Shown: positions 16,521-26,185 of the stretch, piece by piece
Numbering within the stretch: the stretch's first letter is position 1
Layout: the number at the start of each line of letters is the position of its first letter
Virus record (IMG/VR): IMGVR_UViG_3300042922_000923
Coordinates: 1 to 64,000 of that record
DNA: 64,000 nt
Origin: a virus
Strand: one strand, 5' to 3'
The notes under the pieces: generated by a model
The model's input: the letters and a program-made list of their open reading frames with translations, nothing else
The model's database searches: none
What the model was told of the DNA's origin: nothing
Program-made: the position numbers and the translations under genes

Positions 16521-18719
16521 TTATCTCATATCATTAATTAAATCTGCATCTGTAGGTTCACTAGAGTCCCTTTTAACTCTTTCTTTAGTAGAAATATCAA
16601 CTGGTTTCATACCACGTGCTCTAGCCTTATTTTCAAGCATTTCTCTAACTAGAGCTAACATGTTTATAGTATCATCTTCTCCATTGTCTATAGCAGCATT
16701 AATGCTGTCCATCTTATTAGTTAATGTTGCTGTAAATAATTCATCCATGTCTGCACCTTCTGCATACATATAAAAAATGTCACAGCACTCAGCTATTTGA
16801 CCCGGCCTTGAAACTCTGTCTTCCATTTGAAGTAAATCTCCAGGATTCCAGCAGTAATCATTTATGATTACTATCTTACCTTTTGTAAGTGTAAGGCCAA
16901 CGCCTGCCGCTGTAATATTGCCTATAAATACTTTCTTTTCTCCACTTTGGAATGCAGTAACAGATGCATCTTTTTGAGCATCTGACATGCCTCCTACAAC
17001 AAAAACTGCCTTGTCTCCATAATGACTTCTACAGGCATTGACTACATAGTTATAATTTGTAGCTATTATTACTTGCTCACCTTGTTCTAGTAATTCATCT
17101 GCAAATTTAATAGTCTTAGGAGCTTTCTTACTAGCTAGAATAACTCTTGCTTTAGAAAGTCTAGCTAGTTGTTCAGCAGCTGTACTCTCTCTATTTCTAA
17201 GGTATTCTTCTATTTCTGCCTCATATTCCTTAAGGTCAACATCATTTGGTATAAATGTTCTCTGCTTCTTGAGGTCTGGAAGGACCTCGGATTTTAAATG
17301 TCTTATCATAAAATCTTTTATATTTAAATATAGAGCATGATTGTTTGAACTTCCAGAACCTGAGCAATAAGTCTCTCTAAAGTTACTCCATGCATTATTT
17401 CTGGTTGTTAATGGATGCCTTATAAGTTTTAATAGATTCCATATATCCCTATTTCTATTGCTAATTGGAGTTCCTGTTACAGGATACACGTATTCAGCTG
17501 TAGCACTCACTCTTAAGACAGCATATGCTCTTATGCTATCAGGATTCCCATAGGCATCAACAGCTTTAATGAAATGAGCTTCATCAATAAAGATACATTG
17601 AAAATACTGGCATTCTAGTAAAAATTGAAAATTTGGAACTGTATTATAACTTACTATAGTCCAATCTTTACCTGTATGAAATTCATCTGAGGATCTAAGA
17701 ACAACTATATCAGCATCTGGATTAACCATTTTAATTTCTTTTTTCCAGTTTAACCTTAATGATGCAGGACATATAACTAATTTAGGTGTATCTGCTAGAC
17801 TTTCACCAGTCATTACACACTCAAAAGTTTTACCACACCCCATTTGATTAGCATTTATAAAAGCTTTTTCTTTTAGCATTATCCTAACATCATCAATTTG
17901 ATAAGGATAAGGTTCTCTTTTTAAAAAAGTATAATCTTTAACCTCAGATGTATCTAGGTGCGCCATTTGACATACCCAAAAGTCAAGGTCAGATGTTTTA
18001 ACACCATATTCTTCAAGTTTGTCAGCTAATTTACATACCTCAGTTAATGAAATTGTAAAAAAGCTTCCTATTTTATGAAATTCACTAGTAGCTAAGGTAT
18101 CTAAAGCTGCAATAACAGTTTTACTTACAGAATTGTTAGAATCAAAGCGTATAGAAAGATTGTGTGTACCTTCTCTTCCAACACTAAGCTTAATAACACC
18201 TTTTGGAAGTGATTGTATAGTAGACTCTGAATCATTTAAAGCTTGAGCTATTAAAAATGAATTATTAGTTATAGCTGTTTCAAGGTCTTCTACATCATAG
18301 TTTAATCTTTTAATATCTTTATAGAAGGATTTTACAATTACAAAGCTTATACGACATTTCCATCCATCTAAATCCTTATACCATTTATAGTATTTACTAT
18401 TGTAACTATCTAGTATTTGTTTTACTTTAGGTGAATATGTCCATTTACACCAGATTCCTGAATTATCTACTGAGTCTATATATACTATTGGTCTATTCAA
18501 GGATCTATCATAAACATATAAAGACTTTTGCATTTTTTCTATATCAATAGCTATATGATTGCTATATTTAAGTAGTATTCTAGAAATTTTAGCAGCATCT
18601 TTATCAGATTCTACTATGCTGATTGTTTTTCCAACAGCATTATCAAATGCATTATAGCCACCATTTACTAAACTGCTATTAAATATAGTAAGCTCAATCT
18701 TAGAATATATTTCATTCAT
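16521..18719 (-). CDS. SNF2-family helicase (HARP/SMARCAL1-like)
   Basis: MGCGKT, ICPASL..NW..E, DEAH, TGTP, GVGLTLT, QMEDRVSRPGQ. Confidence 0.9.
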   Translation of the reverse strand: MNEIYSKIELTIFNSSLVNGGYNAFDNAVGKTISIVESDKDAAKISRILLKYSNHIAIDIEKMQKSLYVYDRSLNRPIVYIDSVDNSGIWCKWTYSPKVKQILDSYNSKYYKWYKDLDGWKCRISFVIVKSFYKDIKRLNYDVEDLETAITNNSFLIAQALNDSESTIQSLPKGVIKLSVGREGTHNLSIRFDSNNSVSKTVIAALDTLATSEFHKIGSFFTISLTEVCKLADKLEEYGVKTSDLDFWVCQMAHLDTSEVKDYTFLKREPYPYQIDDVRIMLKEKAFINANQMGCGKTFECVMTGESLADTPKLVICPASLRLNWKKEIKMVNPDADIVVLRSSDEFHTGKDWTIVSYNTVPNFQFLLECQYFQCIFIDEAHFIKAVDAYGNPDSIRAYAVLRVSATAEYVYPVTGTPISNRNRDIWNLLKLIRHPLTTRNNAWSNFRETYCSGSGSSNNHALYLNIKDFMIRHLKSEVLPDLKKQRTFIPNDVDLKEYEAEIEEYLRNRESTAAEQLARLSKARVILASKKAPKTIKFADELLEQGEQVIIATNYNYVVNACRSHYGDKAVFVVGGMSDAQKDASVTAFQSGEKKVFIGNITAAGVGLTLTKGKIVIINDYCWNPGDLLQMEDRVSRPGQIAECCDIFYMYAEGADMDELFTATLTNKMDSINAAIDNGEDDTINMLALVREMLENKARARGMKPVDISTKERVKRDSSEPTDADLINDMR

Positions 18720-18875
18720 TCTTAATCACTTCCTTTCTGTAATTACATTATACCCAAAATTACACGTAAAATAAATATCCAAATATGCTTGTTTTCTGGT
18801 ATTAACTTCAAATTTTATTTTGTTTACTTTGTTTTACTCCTGTTTTCTTTATTTTCCTAAATATTAACGTAGTTC

Positions 18876-19175
18876 TTATTTTATTCCATGTTTTCTTTTA
18901 TAATACTTACATTCAGTAAATTTCCCTTTGCATTTATTCTTAACATAGCTGTCCCTAGCATGTGTTATATCGCCTCCATTATAAGTATTAATAATAAAGG
19001 CATTATAAGTTTTAGAACTTAACCAGTACTTGTTAAAATAGCCACTGAACCCTATTGTGAATGAACATGCCCTACAGATAATACATTTATAATCAGGTGC
19101 TCTATCATTATTTCTATAATAGTAAGGACATGCCTCTTTAGTTTTTTCTCTCTTTTTTCTTGGCATCTGAATCAT
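18876..19175 (-). CDS. Cys-rich hypothetical protein
   Basis: CPYY...C...C.YY pattern. Confidence 0.55.
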   Translation of the reverse strand: MIQMPRKKREKTKEACPYYYRNNDRAPDYKCIICRACSFTIGFSGYFNKYWLSSKTYNAFIINTYNGGDITHARDSYVKNKCKGKFTECKYYKRKHGIK

Positions 19176-19237
19176 CTCCTTTTAAAAATAAATGGACCTA
19201 ACTAACCTATTTAGCTAAATCCACTTAATTACTATTA

Positions 19238-19846
19238 TTACTTATCATAATTAACAAACTTTTCTGGAATTTTCCCATTATGCCACGCACAGTACTCTTC
19301 CATCTCTTGACTATGAACATATAACTTCTCACATAGAAAATGTAGTCTTAATCTAACTACCTTTATATCTATTTTCTCCTTTTTTGCTATATCTTCTAAG
19401 GATTTTTTGTTAATAAGTACATCGTAAAGTAAATTACGTTGTTTTTCTCCTAGCTCTAAATTCTTGTCTAGTGAAGCTAAAGCTTCAGCTCTGAGAAAAT
19501 CTATGTCCTCATTAAACTCTGCAATTCTATTTTGTTCTTCATCTATTCCATAAATATTCTCGCAAGGTGACTCTCTATTCTTTAAGTTAACACAGTTAGT
19601 AACGTAGTGATAGACTCTAATATTGAGCATCTTCTTTAGATAATATGGAATGTCTACTCCTTTTCGTGGATCATATTCATCAAGTAACTTTAAAAATTCT
19701 AAAATAATTTGACTATATAGATCCTCTCTTTCTTCATTGGTAGAAAAATAACCACAAAACTTTTTTGATACTGCCATAATTAATGGATGATAACTTTTTA
19801 GCAATTCCTCTGGATCATATATATTTTTATTTTTTTTATTGCTCAT
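19238..19846 (-). CDS. Phage sigma-70 family sigma factor
   Basis: Region 2 (EDLYSQ..L.FL.L..EYDP.KG) and region 4 HTH (KSLEDIAKKEKI). Confidence 0.75.
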   Translation of the reverse strand: MSNKKNKNIYDPEELLKSYHPLIMAVSKKFCGYFSTNEEREDLYSQIILEFLKLLDEYDPRKGVDIPYYLKKMLNIRVYHYVTNCVNLKNRESPCENIYGIDEEQNRIAEFNEDIDFLRAEALASLDKNLELGEKQRNLLYDVLINKKSLEDIAKKEKIDIKVVRLRLHFLCEKLYVHSQEMEEYCAWHNGKIPEKFVNYDK

Positions 19847-20144
19847 TAATAACCACCAACTTTACATCGCCACATATAAATGCAGCTAAACTCACAGAAA
19901 TTGAAATATTCCCTCTAGGTAGCGCATCTTTTGTATATAAAGTTTCCTCTAATAGTATTAAATTTTCATGAATTTCTTTTATAATGACTAATTTAGGATT
20001 TTCTTTCTTAGAATTACTTATATAAATAGCTGTCTTTCCTAGATATTCTTTGATACTAGTTTTCCAGGTTTCTTGCTGATAATAACTTAGTGAAGCAGGA
20101 GCAGCAGGCTTTCTATTAGTTAGCATTTTTAAAAACTCTTTCAT
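19836..20144 (-). CDS. Hypothetical protein (weak Veg-like C-terminus)
   Basis: SISVSLAAFICGDVKL ending; coupled to sigma gene. Confidence 0.45.
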   Translation of the reverse strand: MKEFLKMLTNRKPAAPASLSYYQQETWKTSIKEYLGKTAIYISNSKKENPKLVIIKEIHENLILLEETLYTKDALPRGNISISVSLAAFICGDVKLVVINEQ

Positions 20145-20287
20145 ACCACATTATTCCTTCCGTTACATAAAATGTATCTATATGTTATTATATGCAATAT
20201 GAAGTACATTCCTACATAGATAACCTATAAATTCCAGGCTAGGATCGCCATATAAGTTGGAGTGCTAGATAACATTTATATCCTAAA

Positions 20288-22303
20288 TTAAATTATAGTA
20301 ATGCTATCAATGTAACATTCGTAAGTTGAGATGTAATTTGTATTTGATAGAGTCACTTCTGTTAATGGTGTAATACCTAGATTTATAATTGATCCTGTCC
20401 AATTCAATATGTTACCACTTATATTAGCATTAATTCTCACTAGATATAAATTGCCACCAAAACTATAATAGAACGAACCAATTGACCTGCCACTGCCTCC
20501 TATAGGAACAATAATTGTACCATGTACAAAGTTTAATTTTACTATACTTCCTAGAGCAGGTGCGCCTACGTACATTGATAAATCAATATTAATATTAGGA
20601 AGACAAACATCACGCATATTATTTAATTGTGCAAGTCTTCCTTGTCCTGATGTCCCATAGTATCGTGCTGTAGTATTATTACTTTGAACACTATGACCAA
20701 AAGGTAACTGATATAGTCCACTATCGATTATTTTAACAGTACAGCCATTACCACTACATCTATTTATTAACATATTAGTATTAGCATCATACGTACAGTT
20801 AAAGTATATGTTTGCTAGTGTGTTAATAACCTGCACAGCATATCCCACTGACAATAAACTTGTTGCAGTATAACTAATACCATCTAATGAAAGGTTTACT
20901 ACACCATGATTACTATTTTGTACTCCAATTTTGCATATATCACTTGATGAACCTCCAGCAAGATTATATAAGTTATCACAATTTAAAATAACTCCTGTTA
21001 TATATAAACTACCATCATACATTTTTATACCACCACTAATTGTAGCATTACCACCTGTTATTCTAATTTCATAGGCATTAGTGTTTTCCATTATTAAAAA
21101 GTCAGGATACATTTTTCCTTGCAATAAAATATTATACCTACCAGTATTACAAGTTAAAATATAATTAAGTGCTTGTTGCATTCTTTTAAATGGATACATT
21201 ATTGTTCCATTAGGTTTTTTAGTTATCGTAGTAGAATCACAATAGATACTAACAATACCTGTCTTCCTGATAAAATTGTTATCTGTTGTAAAATCATTGA
21301 ATTTTCCTTCAATAACTAAAATATCATTATTTTGAACATTTCCTAACACATAGTTAGCTTTATTTACTGTTGCACTACCAAAATAAATTTTACCATTTAC
21401 AACACACATATCCTCTAATTCATCTATAACATAACAATTAGGTACAAAAGCACCTATTTCATATATATATTGTAAAGTTCCATTATGTTTGTAGAACAAT
21501 ACAACATTAGGATTAGAACGAACATAGTAAATAAAATTCTTATCTATTGCAATACCTTGAGTTGTTCCTGTTGTATTAGCCTCTAAAGTGCAATAGGTCG
21601 TATGTGTACCATCATTATTAATAGTATAAACATTATTATTGTTTGATACTGCATAAAGTTTATCGTCTAAAATTCCTATTCCTGTTATACTTGGTAAATC
21701 TGTTGTAATACGTGATATGAAACTCATATCTGAAGTATTAAACTTACTTATACTACCAATTAAAACTGAATTTCCTGTTGACTGGTCTATACAGTCAGCT
21801 GAATATAAAACACCTTTATCTACGCATAAACAGTTAGCATGATATATAACACCCTCATATATCCCAATTAATGAACCTGTTGCAATTTCGTATTTTAATA
21901 TTTTACCTAAATTATTGGTACTGCCACTTATTACAGCTATATAAAAATATGTTCCGTCTGAAGTTATCCCCTGCTGTGTAAATCCTGTATATAAGTCATC
22001 TAATAAAGCAATTTTTCCACTAAATTTATTATAATTTGTGATACTTGACAATTGTGTATTAACATTTTCAATAGCTTTAGTATTAGTCCCTATATTATAA
22101 GTATTTTCATTTACTGCATTAACCAAATCCTTATTAGTAGTATTTAACTTACTAACATCTCCAACTTCATTTTCGTATATATTTTCTAAAGTTTTTCCAT
22201 TATTTAAGATAACTGCATCTCCAGAAGTATATACATCAACGTCTTCTCCTATAGATCCATCAATATTTACAGAATGCAATCTTGCTTTATTGAGCTCAGA
22301 CAT
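20288..22303 (-). CDS. Receptor-binding/tail-spike-like protein
   Basis: N-terminal GDVSKLNTTNKDLVNAVNE anchor and coiled coil, QGI-type beta-propeller repeats, Asn/Gly/Ile-rich beta-helix-like C-half. Confidence 0.65.
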   Translation of the reverse strand: MSELNKARLHSVNIDGSIGEDVDVYTSGDAVILNNGKTLENIYENEVGDVSKLNTTNKDLVNAVNENTYNIGTNTKAIENVNTQLSSITNYNKFSGKIALLDDLYTGFTQQGITSDGTYFYIAVISGSTNNLGKILKYEIATGSLIGIYEGVIYHANCLCVDKGVLYSADCIDQSTGNSVLIGSISKFNTSDMSFISRITTDLPSITGIGILDDKLYAVSNNNNVYTINNDGTHTTYCTLEANTTGTTQGIAIDKNFIYYVRSNPNVVLFYKHNGTLQYIYEIGAFVPNCYVIDELEDMCVVNGKIYFGSATVNKANYVLGNVQNNDILVIEGKFNDFTTDNNFIRKTGIVSIYCDSTTITKKPNGTIMYPFKRMQQALNYILTCNTGRYNILLQGKMYPDFLIMENTNAYEIRITGGNATISGGIKMYDGSLYITGVILNCDNLYNLAGGSSSDICKIGVQNSNHGVVNLSLDGISYTATSLLSVGYAVQVINTLANIYFNCTYDANTNMLINRCSGNGCTVKIIDSGLYQLPFGHSVQSNNTTARYYGTSGQGRLAQLNNMRDVCLPNINIDLSMYVGAPALGSIVKLNFVHGTIIVPIGGSGRSIGSFYYSFGGNLYLVRINANISGNILNWTGSIINLGITPLTEVTLSNTNYISTYECYIDSITII

Positions 22304-22701
22304 AAAATTATTCCTCCTTATACTTGTTTAATAATAATATAAGGAGGAATACAGTCATAAGTTTTAGTTGTAGCTACTTATTGTCTGGTAGTTCTACTAA
22401 TTCACTTGCAGTAACTTCATAGATACTATAATGTTCATCTAGTGCTTCTTCTACTATTCCTTGAGCAAAATTAGCATCTTCCAAGTCAACTACAGGAACT
22501 CTTATATTTAACTCAACAACTTTACCCATTCTTAATCCTCCAAGTTACAATGAAAACATTTCTTTTAGAAAATTGTTTACTCTACGAATAGCTTTTATTT
22601 TCTCAACTAATTTTGAATTTTCATCGTAATCTTGAGTTACAATTTCCTGTACTTTTTCATCTATTTGCATTAATGCAGCTTCAATCTTGCTAATATCCTC
22701 T

Positions 22702-23016
22702 TCATCTAGCTCTATTTTTCTTATTTTTTTCATCTTTCTCCCATCCTTTTTTAATATCTTTTACGTCATTTAAATTAAGTTGCCTACCATAGGTACATCT
22801 GTAAGGCCTAACACTGCATCTATAGCAAGGTATATTAAAAGTGGAATCCGATGTTAAGGCCCAACCACCAGTCCTTTTGCTTACAAATCCATAAGGTTCT
22901 AATTTACCTCGATATGTAACCTTAACTGGTGCATAAAAACCTGCTATAGTTTCTACAAGAACTGTTATCTTTTCTCCTGGTTGTAATTTTTCAAATTTCT
23001 CATATAATGCTTTCAT
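22702..23016 (-). CDS. Hypothetical protein
   Basis: 104-aa ORF in operon. Confidence 0.5.
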   Translation of the reverse strand: MKALYEKFEKLQPGEKITVLVETIAGFYAPVKVTYRGKLEPYGFVSKRTGGWALTSDSTFNIPCYRCSVRPYRCTYGRQLNLNDVKDIKKGWEKDEKNKKNRAR

Positions 23017-23029
23017 ACTAATCCTCTAG

Positions 23030-23482
23030 CTACTCTTCTTTATTTGGTATTGTTCTTAGTGCTACTAATATCGCAACGCGATAATATGCTTTAAACATAT
23101 CTTTTCCAAGTTCCTTGAATACAGAATAATCATTTGTATCATTATAAACATGAGCAACATACTCTCCAGTAGTAGAATCAATGGTCATTTCTATGCTTTT
23201 GCATTCTAACTTTTCTAAAATGTATTTTATTAGAAAATCATAAGTTAATAAAGGAATTGGACCTAAGGCTTTATCTACTCCATTCCAGATATTATACTTA
23301 AAGGTATTGTTTAATCCAAAAAGTGTAGTATCCTTATCACATGTGTCTATAACTACATCTATTTCATCATAAATTTTTCTAGTAGTAAAGATATCTCCTG
23401 CTTCAGGCTTCCACTGTTCAATAAAAGAATTTTGTATAGATATATCAAGATTAAAAAAATCTTCAGGATCTACATACTGCAT
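23030..23482 (-). CDS. Hypothetical phage protein
   Basis: WKPEAGD...PIPLLT...LI pattern. Confidence 0.55.
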   Translation of the reverse strand: MQYVDPEDFFNLDISIQNSFIEQWKPEAGDIFTTRKIYDEIDVVIDTCDKDTTLFGLNNTFKYNIWNGVDKALGPIPLLTYDFLIKYILEKLECKSIEMTIDSTTGEYVAHVYNDTNDYSVFKELGKDMFKAYYRVAILVALRTIPNKEE

Positions 23483-23807
23483 TTGAAAGCTCTCCTTTTC
23501 TGCTTAATGGTTCATAATACTCAATAGGAATACCTTTTACTGTTGCATAGCCTATTTCCTCATAAGTTCCCCTACCCATATACCCATGAACGTTCATTAC
23601 TAAGCATTTACCAGACATATCAATTTTTTCTTTATGGAGCTGCATTAATTCTTCAGAAAATGCATCCTCGTTATATGCATTACTGAATCCTTCCATATCA
23701 TTAACATCTACCGGAAGGAGTACTATGTGCCCTTGCAAAGATAATTTTACGTATTCATGCATTATTTCTTTTTTGAATCTTAATGGAGCTATTATTGCTA
23801 TAATCAT
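23463..23807 (-). CDS. Nucleoside 2-deoxyribosyltransferase-like (DUF4406-like) protein
   Basis: H.EKIDMS...VMN..GY.G.GT.EEI.YA...G.PI. Confidence 0.65.
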   Translation of the reverse strand: MIIAIIAPLRFKKEIMHEYVKLSLQGHIVLLPVDVNDMEGFSNAYNEDAFSEELMQLHKEKIDMSGKCLVMNVHGYMGRGTYEEIGYATVKGIPIEYYEPLSRKGELSNAVCRS

Positions 23808-24052
23808 CTAATCGAGTCTCCTTTCTAACATATTGGTGTTAAACATCTATCACAATCAGTACAATCAGGTTCTTCCGTATCTTTCAGCACTATCTTAATC
23901 CCTACATCTTTCCACATGTCTCTAATAACAGAAAATGGAACTACGTTACTTTCATTTTTAAACTCAATGATTACTTGATTTTTATTTCTAGTTACTTCAC
24001 ATTCTTCAATCTCATTATTTTCTAATATAACTACTGCTTTCATATAAACCTC

Positions 24053-24622
24053 CTACCATGATTTTGTACTATTATTTCTACCGTTCATTACCCACTGCAT
24101 AAACCAGCCACCCTCTTTATTTTTCTTCCACATGATCTGATTTTCGCTAGCCAAAAAGCTACCAGCAGGTGTTTTTCTAGTTTCGTCATAGAATCCTGTT
24201 TTAACATAGTCTAGTTGCTCCAGAATGCCTCTAGGAACGTCTGATATGTCTCTATAGGTATAAATACATGTCTTCTTATCTGTTCGTAGCTTAATGTCCA
24301 CTAGAAGGGATTCTGTTAGGTATTCACCCATAGAATCTATAGGATCACCACCTAATAATGTAATTACATATGCCTTTTCTGCCTTGTTTATGGTTTTTAT
24401 TAGTTGTTCCCAACTCTTATTAGGTTGTATAAACTTCCAAAGTTCTTCATTGTGGCATCCAGAACAGTGTCCTTCAGGCCTCAGGCATCCATAGAAAAAT
24501 ATATCTAAGGATATTCCATCAAGATTTGAGTTACCTGAAGGATATTCAGCTGATTTAATGGAGAACACACTAGGATTCATTTTTCTTGCACAAACTTGTT
24601 GAGCAAATTTTAAATTGTCCAT
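24053..24622 (-). CDS. nrdG: Anaerobic RNR activating radical-SAM protein
   Basis: FYGC...HCSGCHN, LLGGDP, YVKTGFY, SENQ. Confidence 0.85.
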   Translation of the reverse strand: MDNLKFAQQVCARKMNPSVFSIKSAEYPSGNSNLDGISLDIFFYGCLRPEGHCSGCHNEELWKFIQPNKSWEQLIKTINKAEKAYVITLLGGDPIDSMGEYLTESLLVDIKLRTDKKTCIYTYRDISDVPRGILEQLDYVKTGFYDETRKTPAGSFLASENQIMWKKNKEGGWFMQWVMNGRNNSTKSW

Positions 24623-24832
24623 ATAATCATCTCCTAAAATAATCTATTTACTAAGACTCCTGATTTTTTACCAAGAGAACTTTCTAATTTTAATAATGGA
24701 AAGCATCCATCCATAGCGTATAGTACTCCATTAATACACTTAGTTTTAAGTTCTGAATTTATAGGATATATTCTTTCATTAGTTACTAATTCTTTAGTTA
24801 ATTTATACTTTTTAATCATTTAAAGCTCACCT

Positions 24833-25789
24833 CTAAAATAATTTATCTACTATTTGTGCTACATAGTTACTTTCAACTTCAAATGTTGTATTTTCTTTCC
24901 TCATACGCTTTAATTCTTCAATTAACTGTCCAAAATAGAGACTATCTACACCTACTAACTGATCTTCAAGAACATTAATATTTGATAAATCTAAGTCATT
25001 TAGCTGCATAAGCATTTTTAGATATTGACCTGCATTTATGGTCCAGCCACGTTGTATAAACTTTCTAGTTCTTATTACAGAACATAAAGGATATTTACTG
25101 CCTACGTATATAAGTTCTTTATTTATAATAGCTTCTAAAGCACGTTCATTCAAAATTACGCTCCTACTCATACTGGTCCAGTAGTTAGTGCAATGTACAA
25201 AGTCATAATTTTCGTGAATTTGATTTGGCATTCCATAAAATCTTATAACTAATTGTATCTTTCCTGATAGAGATATGGCATTAGAAGTTAAGAATTTAGG
25301 TATAAATTCTGGTGTTTCTTCAAGTTCTTTTTCTATATCAGTCTCTGGATTAATATTAGTTTGCATTTCATCATTTGGATTAGAATCTTCAGAGTCCTCA
25401 AGAGCCTCACCTGCTACACCTTCACTTTTTATAAATACTTTTATTCTAGGTAAAAGACCTTGCATTATCTGCTCTTGTGCAATTTCAGGACATATCCACT
25501 TTTGAAGAATTTTTTCATCTGCATTTTGTATTAAAACACGTGCAGTTCTATTATCTTTTATAGAGTTCCATTGCTCTACATAGTAGCAAGCTACTTTAAA
25601 TGCTGTGTTAAAATCCTTAAAGTATAAATCAAAGTCATGAGGTTCCTCACCTTGAAGAAGGCTTACTAAAGCACCTCCTGTAATAATAGTTCCTTGCTCA
25701 ACTAAATTTCTTACATCTTCATCCTTTATTGTTTTTAAAAATTTATCAAATACTCTGCATAATTGTGCGTTAATATGTCTCTTATTCAT
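24833..25789 (-). CDS. Pol-beta-superfamily nucleotidyltransferase
   Basis: ITGGALVSLL..EEPHDFDLYF (GG...DxD), YDFVHC, RTRKFIQRGW. Confidence 0.7.
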   Translation of the reverse strand: MNKRHINAQLCRVFDKFLKTIKDEDVRNLVEQGTIITGGALVSLLQGEEPHDFDLYFKDFNTAFKVACYYVEQWNSIKDNRTARVLIQNADEKILQKWICPEIAQEQIMQGLLPRIKVFIKSEGVAGEALEDSEDSNPNDEMQTNINPETDIEKELEETPEFIPKFLTSNAISLSGKIQLVIRFYGMPNQIHENYDFVHCTNYWTSMSRSVILNERALEAIINKELIYVGSKYPLCSVIRTRKFIQRGWTINAGQYLKMLMQLNDLDLSNINVLEDQLVGVDSLYFGQLIEELKRMRKENTTFEVESNYVAQIVDKLF

Positions 25790-26111
25790 TATCTAACTTC
25801 CTCTCAATTTTAATTTTATTTAATAACTCTTTTGGAATTTCTATATCTTTTACTGAATCATAATTTTTAATTTCAGTTATAGCTTTTACTAGAAAATCCT
25901 TACCATAAAATTCAGTAAGAATAAGTAATAACCAGTCTAAATCTATAGCTCTATAGTTTCCTTTTTCAAAATCTATAGAAATTACTTTATACTTAAATGT
26001 TTCAGGTGTAGACTCTGTTATAGCAAATGGTTTATTATCTTTATAAAAAATACTATTGTCTATAATAAATTGATCTTTGTTTACTTTTTTAATTGTGTCT
26101 TGTATCTTCAT
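25782..26111 (-). CDS. Hypothetical protein
   Basis: First gene after a phage promoter element. Confidence 0.55.
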   Translation of the reverse strand: MKIQDTIKKVNKDQFIIDNSIFYKDNKPFAITESTPETFKYKVISIDFEKGNYRAIDLDWLLLILTEFYGKDFLVKAITEIKNYDSVKDIEIPKELLNKIKIERKLDNE

Positions 26112-26130
26112 TTAATCATCCCCCTTAAAT

Positions 26131-26176
26131 ATAAAAAAGTGAGCTTAACCTAAATTATTAGATTAAACCCACTTAG
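26131..26176 (-). promoter_or_regulatory. Phage promoter-terminator element (CTAAGTGG-N9-AATAATTT inside a hairpin, then U-tract)
   Basis: 17-bp stem with three G·U pairs; nearly identical copy at 32650-32694. Confidence 0.7.
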
Positions 26177-26185
26177 AAACTTAAT

